Below, piece after piece: positions 38,035-48,950 of a DNA stretch of 64,000 nt. The notes under the pieces are model-generated. The model was not told where the DNA came from, did no database searches, and saw only the letters and a list, made by a program, of their open reading frames with translations. The position numbers and the translations under genes are program-made. The number at the start of each line of letters is the position of its first letter. The stretch's first letter is position 1. The stretch comes from Hypanus sabinus (Eukaryota): positions 5,332,001 to 5,396,000 of the forward strand of contig NC_082717.1 of NCBI RefSeq assembly GCF_030144855.1. The letters are read 5' to 3'.

Positions 38035-41000
38035 AATCAGACAGGATTTATAAAAAAAATCATTACTCATACTTTAACGTTAGGAGATTGTTAAATATTA
38101 TATATACTTCCTCACCTAAAATTCCAGATTGTATTATTTCATTGGACGCTGAGAAGGTATTTGACAGAATTGAATGTAAATATTTGTTTTGTACACTTGA
38201 GAAATTTAATTTTAGTCCAAAGTTTATAACCTGGATTAAAATGATATATCACACTCTTTTGGCCTCTGTAGTTACAAACAGTCAGAGATCTCCCTTTTTT
38301 AGGCTTTTTCGTGGTACTAGGCAGGGCTACCCTTTATGTTCTTTACTATTTGACATTGCTTTAGAATCCCTGGCAACTACTTTTCGAGTTTCACCAAATT
38401 TATTTGGCATTATGCGGGGCAACAAAACACATAAGGTATCTTTATAAGCAGATGACTTGTTATTATATATTTCTAATCCAGTGAAATCCCTTCCTTCAGT
38501 AATATCATTACTTGTTCAATTTAGTAGCTTTTCTGGTTATAAATTAAGTTTTGATAAGAGTGAGTTATTCCCATTAAATATACAAACTTCAATTTACAGA
38601 AGTCTGCCATTCAGATTGGCTACAGATCACCTTATATATTTAGGGGTTAAAGTTACTTAGAAAAATCTGGACCTATTTAAGGCTAATTTCTTACCTTTAA
38701 ATGATCATATTAAACAATTATTAACTAAATGGTCTCCAATGTCCTTATCATTAGTTGGCTGAATCAATGCTATTAAGATGATAGTTTTACCTAAGTTTCT
38801 TTATTTATTTCAGGTAGTACCAATTTTTATTCCTAAATCTTTTTTTGATAGTATTGATTCCAAAATTTCTTCATATATATGGCAGGGCAAAAATCCAAGG
38901 TTGAGTAAGAAATATTTACAGAAATCCAAAAAGATGGTGGTTTTGCAATGCTAAATTTTAGATTCCATTATTGGGCAATTAATATCCAAAATTTAGCATT
39001 TTGGACCCAAGAGATAGATAAAACCCAAAGGCCAAGGTGGTTGAATCTTGAACATGAGTCTGTGCAAGGATTTTCATTTGCATCAATTTTAGGAGCTTCA
39101 CTCGGCTTTGCATTTACTAATTTGAACAAACAAATTACTAACCCAATAATTAAATATACAATGCTAATATGGTTTCAATTTTGTAATTTTTTGATTTGAA
39201 TAAATTTACCCTTTCTAGTCCTATTTTATTTATTTTTTTTCAACCATCCAGAATTGATCAAGCCTTTCATCTTTGGAAAATGAAAGGAATAAACTGTCTT
39301 TGTGATTTATTTACAGATAACTGTTTATGTCTTTTGAACAGTTTTCTAAAAAATACAATTTGCCTAGATCACACTTTTTAGATATCTACAGATTAGAAAT
39401 TTTTTGAATGTTATTTTGCCTACATTTCCGATGGAATAGCAAGATGAAATTATGGAAAAAAATATTAAGTTTAAATCCCTTTCAAATCAGTGTATTACCA
39501 ACTATCTACAATTTGATCATAAAAATCTCTTGAAGTATATCTGATAAAATAAAGAGTGAATGGGAACGAGAACTTAAAGTAAGTATATCCATTGAAGAAT
39601 GGGAAACGTTTCTTAAATTAGTTAATACTTCTTCAATGTGTGCTAGACGTACTTTAACACAATTTAAAGTGGTTCATAGAACATATATGTCAAAAGACAA
39701 ACTGGCCCGTTTTTATTCCCATATAAATCCTATGAGTGACAGATGTAACTCTGAGGTTACTTCTTTAATCCATATGTTTTGGTCCTGCCCTCTTTTGACA
39801 AAATATTGGAAAGACATCTTTGATATTGTTTCAGCAGTTTTGGATATTGATCTACAACTCCATTGTGTTGTCTTTATGGCAGTTATTTAGTTTATAATAT
39901 TTTTGCTTAGTAATTCATTTGTTAGTATTTTCTAGTTAGAATTAGAAGTGTTTAAAGTATATTCATTGCCTGTAAAATATATCGGCATGCAATGACGTCA
40001 CATCCGGTTTCGCCGCGTCTTGTGGGAAAATACCGGTTTGAGATCGACAGGAGGGTGGGGGCTCACCACGAGGCAGACCCGAGTAGAAGTTGTTTTGCAA
40101 GCATTAGAAATCACAGTGAGAGCAATGCTGTAAGTTAATAGATAATCGATATGTTGAATTAAAATGTTAACGCCGATCCTGTTAAAAGTAACGACGGTCG
40201 ATAATGTTTATGTTTTTGTTAGTTAAAGAGTTGCGGATAGTTTGCATTGAAGTGTATTTAAAGTGGTCAATGGCGTAGGTAAACTCTGCCTGTATACTAC
40301 ACTTTAATGTAATGTAGTTACATTTACTTTTACAAGTATTTTCAATGGAAATGTGATATTAAGAAAGGAACAAATACTGTATCAATCTTGTATTGTTTTA
40401 TCAACAGTTTTCACCATATGTTAATATGAAGAGTGAACAGTAAATGGTTAATCTTGTTGCGACCTTGTTCTCATTGACTACGGTTTATCTCGGCGTTTAA
40501 TTCGGCGTTTCAGTTACACCCGAACGAGAACGCTACACAGTTTTAGATATTGATCTACAACTCCATCCTATTACTGCAATTTTTGGATTACCAATGATGG
40601 ATTATTGTTATTTATTATCTTCGGCCTGCCATTTGATAGCATTTGTTACACTGATGGCCAAAAGATCTATTTTATTTAAATGGAAAGATTCTGATCCCCT
40701 TACTACAATGGTTTTCTCAAACTATAGCTTGTTTAAACCTAGAAAAAAATAGGAGTGGCACGGTTAATTCCTCAATTAAGTTCAAGGAAACTTGGGAGTC
40801 TTTTATTCAATATTTCCATACATATGACTTAAGTTGATTTTTTTCTTATTTTTAATCCTTTTTCCTATTAACTGTTTTTGGAAGGAGGAATGGAGTCAAG
40901 GACAGAATAATTATAATTAACAAATTATACCAGCCCAGTTTTTATCTTTCTTCTTTTGTTTTGTTTTCTGCTTAGTTTAGGGGATTTTTATTTTTTGTTT

Positions 41001-41200
41001 GTTTTTTCTGAACAAATCCTTTGAACTTTTTCTTGTTTCATATATCAAGAGATCGGGTGGACATGTCTGGATATGATATTTGGAACTCATGTTGCATGGG
41101 TTGTAGCTATTATTGTAATTTTGTTTTCTTGATATTGTTATTATTGATATGCTCATTTAACAAATTATAATGCAATAAAAAGGTTTGAAAAGAAAGAAAC
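38035..41200 (+). mobile_element. L1/Tx1-clade LINE, 5'-truncated RT to poly(A), interrupted by a solo LTR
   Basis: IISLDAEKVFDRIE...GTRQGYPLCSLLFDIALE; QFKVVHRTYMSK..L...CDRC..LIHMFWSCP; AATAAA and A-rich tail near 41175-41200. Confidence 0.9.
39864..40537. mobile_element. Solo LTR (674 bp, TG...CA)
   Basis: Starts TGTG, ends ACA; CpG-rich relative to the host L1; TGACGTCA near 39993; flanked by a 29-bp direct repeat of L1 sequence. Confidence 0.7.
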
Positions 41201-41659
41201 ACTGCTCAATAAAAATAAAAAGTAAAAAAATCACTAACTTAACCGGAGGTTAACTGCTATATAGCAACTCAAACTGTTCCTAAAGCAATAAATGCAAACT
41301 CAGTTCTTAAAGTGGAAAATGCGAAAGTCCAAACGATCTATACAGTCAATTAGGAGAGACTTTCCTGAAGTACCGAATTCCTCAATGATGTGACGTTACT
41401 GCTGATCCCAGCCAAATATGCCTTGCCCAAAGGACTTACGGTGAAGGAAGTAAAAATGGCTTAAAGGAACTGACCTTTTCCTTGGTGAATAACACTGCAC
41501 CCAACCCTTTCTGCTCTTACAGCAGGGATTATCTCAGATGCAGGTTACTATCTCTTTGAACAAATATCCAATAAATTTGATCCTGTAATACCAGTGCTGA
41601 CACCAACTTTACTCGACCCTTCAGGTTCCCATACTTCTGTAAATATTCACTCTCCAATA

Positions 41660-42362
41660 TTTAAACTTTAAAATCAAAATTAACCGGCAGTAATTTTAAA
41701 AACTGTGGGCACAACTTACAGTAGAAAGTAAAACTGCACTTTAAAACAAAACTGTGTCATGAGATGAATATGCAGCATAACGGAGAAACTGATGAATTAA
41801 ACAATGAACTAACCTGCATCACAGCAAGACTTTCCTGTTTTATACCTGTTGGGATAGGCCATCACATAACATCTCACTGTCGGGAAAATTACATCATGTG
41901 ACCTCACACTGGAGGGAAATTATATCACCCCACCGTCACAAGACCATTGCATCATGCTGTCCAGATGTTCAATTATGTCATGGTCATAAGACAGTCATAG
42001 ATACCCATGGGGTATGTAACAATATGCAGTGAACAAAACAGTTTTAGATTGTGTTCCTGCTTGTTTCTCGTCAATTATCAGTGGGAAAATCACTGCTCCT
42101 TGAACAAAAACACACGCTTTGATACTATTTAAAAACTATTCATTAGAAGCAGTGTTGCATAACAGCCTTACAAGTGCACACTATTGACGCCTGTTAGAAA
42201 CTGTTTAGCAACAACTTCCTGTCCCAATTATGCAACATAGTGCCTCAAATAAACAAATTGAATCCAGGCTATTTTCTCAATTAGTTTTTGTGTTTTAAGA
42301 GATGTCCCAAATAAGCAGTTCCCTGATTAACCGGCAGCCCAATGAACCGGAATCTATTGTAT
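41660..42362. mobile_element. Possible pogo/Tigger-like DNA element remnant
   Basis: Right end ...attaaccggcagcccaatgaaccggaatctattgta resembles Tigger-type termini; no matching left end or transposase found. Confidence 0.3.
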
Positions 42363-42765
42363 CTGCCTGGAATAGATTACTGGGGTAGTCGTGGAAGCAG
42401 GGAGTTTGTTTGATTTTAAGAGGATTTCAGATAGACACGTGAATACAAAGGGAATGGAGGGATATGAATGATACATAGGAGGAGGATATTTAACATAAAT
42501 GAGCATCAAGATCAGCACAACATCAAGGCTAGATGTCCTGTCCAGTTCTGTACTGTTCCATGTTCAATTTAGAGTGGGTGGTAATTACTTGAAGCACATA
42601 TTTATCACCCAACCTTGGCCTCATCTGAACTCTGTAAACTCGGGAACAGCTGGAACATAATATTAATATCAGAAGCAATAAAGTGTTTGTACTTTCACAA
42701 GAGGTCATGTAACAAAAGATGGCTGCTTCAAGCTGGGGTTGAAGTGACGATATTCTCCCTTACAG

Positions 42766-43110
42766 GTGCAGATGTTCCTGTCCTTATCCAGTCCCCGAGC
42801 ATACAGCGTGTCACTGAGGGTCACACAGCGTGGTTATGGTGTACCATGAGCAAAGCCAGGCTGGAAGACACCGACGTCCACTGGTATCGGAAACTACCTG
42901 GGCAGGACATGGAGTGGGTTTTAACACACAGGGCAGGAGGCAGCCCAGAGTGGGGATGGGGTATCACTGAGAGGTTCCAGTCCTACAGAGACACGTCCAA
43001 CAGCAGCTTCACCCTGACGGTCACAGACGTGGTGCACAGTGATTCTGCCGTCTATTACTGCAGAGTGTGGGGAGACATCGATGGGAACGGCACCCAGCTC
43101 ATCATAACCA
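42766..43110 (+). CDS. Exon 3: second Ig V domain with germline-joined J motif (V2)
   Basis: Acceptor tattctcccttacag|GT, donor ACC A|gtgagt, 345 nt, phase 1-1, open. ADVPVLIQSP...LWC...DVHWYRKLPGQ.MEWV...ERFQSYRDTSNSSFTLTV...DSAVYYCRVWGDIDGNGTQLIIT. Confidence 0.95.
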
Positions 43111-43559
43111 GTGAGTACAAGTTCTATTTATTCAGCAGTGTGTCCCTGCATTGGGAGTTATTCCACCACCACTCACTTCCCGTGGCTGGGCACATTGTAG
43201 TGAAGAACACACAGTGTAATACTGGAGCCCCGTCACTGGGACACGATCCAGAGCACTGTGGCCCCTAACTCATGGGTGGGGAGCACCAACATGGTGACTG
43301 ACCGTCTGCTCTGTGCGTCAAGTTGGATATTTGAAAATAAATGTCAATGTGGAGTGTGTCATCACAGGAGAGAAAAGGAGAAACTCTTCAGTGTTCAGAG
43401 TCATAGATCAGGGCCACTTAAATCAAAACCACCTCCTTCAAATGACGCAAAAATGTGGAATTCAAAACTTGAAATGCTAAGAGATGTAGAATCAGTTAAC
43501 ACTTTTAAATGCCAGCTCAAAAAACTAATTATTTAGCAATTAAAGTCTTTTAATAGATC

Positions 43560-44660
43560 AAAGTAAGCTTATCGTTAAAGTCCATATATGCCACCATATT
43601 CAGCTCTGAGATTCATTTTCTCGTGGGCAGCCATCCAGAATGGGATCCCTTTATTTCCACTCTCTGTTTTCTGCTGACCAGCCAATACTCCACACTGCTA
43701 GTAACTTCCTTGTAATTCCATGGGGTCTTACCTTTCTAAGCATCCTCATGTGCAGCACCTTGTCAAAGGCCTTCTGAAAATCCAAGTACACAACATCTAC
43801 TGTATTTCCTTTGTCTACCCTGCTTGTAGTTTCCTCAAAGAATTGCAGTAGGTGTGCCAGGCAGGATTTTCTTTTCAGAAAACCATGGTGGCTTTGGCCT
43901 ATATTGTTATGTGCCTCCAGCTACTCTGTGATCTCATCCCTAACAATCAATTTCAACAACTTCCCAACCAATGATGTCAGGCTAACAGATCTATAGTTTC
44001 CTTTCTGCTGCCTCCCACCCTTCTTAAATAGCAAAGTAACATTTGCAATTTTCCAGTCATCCTGTATAATGCCAGAATCAATCAATTCTTCAAAGATCAT
44101 CGTTAATGCCTCTGCAATCTCTCAAGCTACTTCCTTCAGAACCCGAGGGTGCAAAACACCAAGTTCAGGAGACTTATCCACCCTCAGACCATTAAGCTTC
44201 CTGAGCACCTTCTCAGTTGTAATTTTCACCACACAAACTTCACTTCCTTGACACTCTTGAATATGCACTATAATGCAGACATCTCTCACTTTTGAATACC
44301 TCTATCAAATCGCCCCTCAATTTTCTACATCCTAAGGAATGAAGATCTAACCTATTAAGACCATAAGATACAGGAGCAGAAACAGGCCATTCGGCCCATT
44401 GAGTCTGCTCCACCATTCAATCGTGATCTGTTTCAATTCTTCCAGCCATCCCCATCCCTGTCTTCTCTCCATACCCTTTCATGCTCTGGCTAATCAAGAA
44501 CCCATCTATCTCCATCCTAAATACACCCAATGATTTGGCCTCCACAGCCTCTCATGGCAACAAATTTCAAAGATTTACAATCCTCTGACAAGTAGTTTCT
44601 CTGCATCTCTGTTCTAAGTGGTCGTCCTTCAATCCTGAAGTCTTGCCCTCTTTTCCTAGA
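43560..44660 (-). mobile_element. CR1 RT and 3' fragments
   Basis: Reverse complement carries gtagatgttgtgtacttggattttcagaaggcctttgacaaggtg (VDVVYLDFQKAFDKV); CR1 tail near 44360. Confidence 0.8.
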
Positions 44661-44689
44661 CTCCCTGAACATGGGAAATTCTTTGAGGA

Positions 44690-44880
44690 ATAGAGAGGAT
44701 GAGCGAACCTGTCTGTGGGGTTAGTACTTTGCTCTGTGAAGAAATGCAGCTTCCCACTGACTCCTGGGAACCACTGGCCCTTGACACAGGAAACAATATT
44801 CAGGATGGTATCAAGAACTTTGAGGCCATGCATTGCGAACACACGGAAAAACTGCTGAAGAAGCACGACCTTATAAACTA
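44690..44880 (+). mobile_element. RTE-clade LINE C-terminal fragment
   Basis: PTDSWEPLALD...IQDGIKNFEAMHCEHTE, similar to the C-terminus of the RTE at 7700-7850. Confidence 0.5.
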
Positions 44881-45369
44881 TTATACAATATTCCAGATCC
44901 ACAGTCACCAGGATATCACATCACAACAGAAATCTGTAGTTGAAACCTATTGACATGAAGATTATCACATATTTACTCACCATACCTACATATCACCTTC
45001 ATTACACAAGTAGGACATCCAGGTTCCTCTGGACACCAACACTTTTCAATCTCATTCTTTCCATCTGACAATTCACTCACCTGTTCTGTCTGTCTGAAAT
45101 CTCTCCACATTCTCCTCATAGACACACTGCCAATCAGTAACTTCATCCATCACACAGTCCTCTCACTGACATCACCGATCAATTCACTGTGATACCCGAA
45201 CAGTCAGAGTCACACAATCTTAAAATGGCCATTTCTGTTTCAGAAACTGGTTCTGAACAGACTGTTTTCTGCGCATAACCAATCCACAATCCACATTAGC
45301 ATATTACCTCTCATACGGTGCACTGTAGTTTATATAACAATGTGTGTTTGACTCCTCACAGGAATCTCA

Positions 45370-48030
45370 ATAGACAATAGACAATAGGTGCAGAAGTAGA
45401 CCATTCAGCCCTTCCAGCCTGCACCGCCATTCTGAGATCAAAATCTCTTCTCGACCCTCTCCAATAACATGACATTCCTTCTTGGATAAGTGGCCCAAAA
45501 ATCTCACTCCACTCTTTAAGAAGGGAGGAAAGCAAAAGAAAGGAAATTATAGGCCAGTTAGCCTGACTTCAATGGTTGGGGAGATGTTGGAGCCCATAAT
45601 TAAGGGTGAGGTTTCGGGCTACTTGGAGGCACATGATAAAATAGGCCAAAGTCAGCATGGTTTCCTTAAGGGGTTATCCTTCCTGACAAATCTGTGGAAT
45701 TCTTTGAGGAAATAACAGGTAGGGTAGAGAAAGGAGAATCAGTGGATATCGAGCCCTCAGATTTTCTGAAGGCCTTTGACAAGGTCCACATGAGGCTGTT
45801 TAACAAGATAAGATCTCATTGTATTACAGGAAAGATATGTGGAGTAAGAATTGACTGATTGGCAGGAGGCAAAGTGTGGGAATAAATGGAGTGACATTTA
45901 CAATTTTGCAGTCTTCCAGAACCATTCCAGAATCCAGTGAATCTTGGAAGATCATTACTAATGGCTGCAATGTCTTCAGCCACCACTTTCAGAACCCTCG
46001 GGTGTTGACCTTGTGGTCCAGTTGACTACTTTCATACCTTTCAGCATTGTAAGCACCATTGCTTTTGTAGTAGTTCAAGTTTATTGTGACTTGACAGTAA
46101 ACATATATACAATCACATGACACAACGTTCCTCCAGACCACAGTGCACACACAAATCATTTATCACAGCAGATAAAACAAAATATTACCATCAATATATT
46201 AATAAAATATCATTCAAAATGCATGTAGACCACAGCACAGTAAACAGTAACCAACTCACTGTCCAAGTGATGAGTCCTCGGTGGTGACAGGGTATTAATT
46301 CATCTCACAGCCTGCGGGAAGAAGCTGTCCCCCAGTCTGGCTGTCCTTGTCCTGATGCTCCTGTACCTCTTTCTTGATGGTAGTGGGTCAAAGAGATTGT
46401 GGGATGGGTGGTGGGGATCATCAACAGTACTTCAGGCCTTTTGTCTGCAACACTCCCGGTAAATATCATAAATGGGGAGGAGGGAGACCCCAATGATCAT
46501 CTCAGTGATTTTTAGGGTCTTGCAGCTTTGTACCACACAATGATACAACCATACAACTAATTGAATCCAGTATTACATCATAAAACATAGGAGCAGAATT
46601 AGGCTATTTGGCCCGTCAAGTTCCCTCTGTCATTTCAACATGGCTGACCCAATTTTCCTCTCAGCTCCCATCTCCTGCCTTTTCCCCTTCATGCCCTGAC
46701 CAATCAAGAATCTATCAACGTCTGCCTCAAAAGTATATGAACACTGCCGTTCACAGATGCCTGTGGCAAAGAATTCCACAGATTCACCATTCTCTGGAAA
46801 AAGCAATTTCTCCTCTTAACCAATCTAAAAGGATGTCCCTCTATTCTGAGATTGTGTCCTCTGGTCTTAGACCCTCCCCCCACAGGAAACATCCTGATCC
46901 CATACCCTTGCTTTTATATTCTAGTCTGAGTACTAGATATGAGTACATGTGTTACATTTGCCTTCCTTACCACATTCAACCTGCAAATTGGTCTTCAGGG
47001 AACCATGCATAAGGACTCCAAAGTCCCTTTGCACCAGTTCTTTGTATTTTCTCTGCATTTGGAAAATAGTCAACCCTTTCATTTCTTTTTGGGATGCTCT
47101 GTTGGTAAGGGATGGAATTACGTCTTTAAAAGGAAGTGGCATAGGATCAGAGAATGTTGAATCTTTGTGGGAGGAGTTAAGAAACTACAAGGGTGAAAAT
47201 TATCATTATGGGAATGATCATGCCTCCAAATAATAACCAAAATGTGCATTTGAGATTGCAAAGGGACCTGGAAAAGGCATACAAGGAGATTGGGAAAATC
47301 AGGTTGGGTGTCAGATTCCAAGAGAGTGAATTTGTTGAATGCCTATGAGATGGTTTTTAGAGCAGCTTATGCCTGAGCCAACTAGGGGAAAGGCTATCTT
47401 AGACTGTGTAAAAACCCAGATGTTATTAGGGAGTTTAAGGCAAAGGAACCCTCAGGAGTAAGTGATCATAAAATGGTTGAATTCATACTACAGTTTGAGA
47501 AGGAGAAGCATAATTCACATGTATTAGTATCGTAATAACATAAAGGGAATTACAAAGTCATCAGAGAAGAGCTTGTGCAGGTGGATTTGAGGGGTGGGGA
47601 TGACAGCAGAGCAGAGATGGCTTAAACTTCTGGGAATAGATCACAAGGCACAGACCCAAAGAAGAAGTGGTTCTCAAATGGCAGAGTAGGTAACCGTGTC
47701 TTGACATAGGAAGTTAAGGACTGTATAATAGCCAAGGAAATGGCATATAAGGTAGAAAAACTGTGTTTGGGAAGCATTCAAAATTGAGAAAAAGGCAACT
47801 AAGAAAGCTATGAGAAGGGTAATGGTGAAATACGCAGACAAACTAAACAATATTACAAAAGTTACGCAAGATACTAAAAGTTTTCTCAGTTCTATAAAGA
47901 ATAAAAAGGAGGTGAGAGTTGATATTGGACCATTGGAAAATGATGCTGATGAGGCAGTAATGGAGGACAAAAAAATTGCAGACATACCTAATTGTGGAAG
48001 ACACTAGCAGTGTGCCAGTGGTCTGTGAGT
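45370..48030. mobile_element. Mosaic of CR1 (both strands) and Rex1-like tail fragments
   Basis: FKKGGKQKKGNYRPVSLTS (45482 ORF); CR1 3' ends at 45370 and 46580; degenerate EN segment 47100-48030. Confidence 0.75.
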
Positions 48031-48049
48031 GTCGGAGCAGCAGTGAATG

Positions 48050-48950
48050 CCATTGAATTGAATTGAACTGGCTTTATTTCTTACATCCTTCAAATACACG
48101 AGGAGTAAAAATCTTTACGTTATGTCTCCATCTAAGTGTGCAATGCACAATCATAGCAATTTATAATAATTAGAACAGTCAATGAGACATAAAATCAATG
48201 TGAATTAATCAGTCTGATGGCCTAGTGGAAGAAGCTGTCCCGGAGCCTGTTGGTCCTGGCTTTTACGTTGCGGTATCATTTCCTGGATGGTAGCACCTGG
48301 AACAGTTTGTGGTTGGGGTGACTTGGGTGCCCAATGATCATACTGGCCATTTTTACACAGCTGTTTTTGTAAATGTCCAGAATCATCGGAAGTTCACAAC
48401 TACAGATGCACTGGGCTGTCCACACCACTTTCTGCAGAATCCTGTGATTAAGGGAGATACAATTTCCATACCAGGCAGTAATGCAGCCAGTCAGGATGCT
48501 CTCAATTGTGCCCCTGTAGAAAGTTCTGAGGATCTGTTAGCCAATATCAAACTTCCACAGCTGTCTCCGGTGAAAAAGGCACTGTTGTGCTTTTTGCACC
48601 ACACAGCTGGTGTGTACAGACCACATGAGGTCCTCGGTGATGTGGATGCTGAGGAACTTAAAGCTGTTCACCCTCTCAATCCCAGATCCATTGATGTCAA
48701 TAGGTGTTAGCCTGTCCCCATTCCTCCTGTAGTCCACAACCAACTCCTTTGTTTTTGTGACATTGAGGGAGAGGTAGTTTTCTTGACACAACTGTGTCAA
48801 GGTGATGACTTGTCCCCTGTAGGCCACCTCACTGTTGTTTGAGATTACGCCAATCAATGTAGTATCATTGGCAAATTTGTGGTGACACAGACATGGGTAT
48901 ACAGGGAGTAAAGGAAGGGGCTTAGTACACAGCCCTGAGGGGCTATTACA
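48050..48950 (-). mobile_element. Rex1/Babar-like LINE RT and 3' end
   Basis: ORF 48537..49019: KFANDTTLIGVISNN.E.AYR...ENYLSLNVTKTKELVVDYRR...FKFLSIHITEDL.WS. Confidence 0.8.

Noticed and set aside
43035-43250. RSS-like heptamers CACAGTG at 43035-43041 (inside V2, codons H-S-D) and 43210-43216 (intron, with a 6/9 nonamer-like ACACGATCC after 24 nt)
   Set aside because: Neither abuts a coding end; the first has no nonamer at 12 or 23 nt, the second has the wrong spacer and lies 100 nt inside the intron. Expected by chance.
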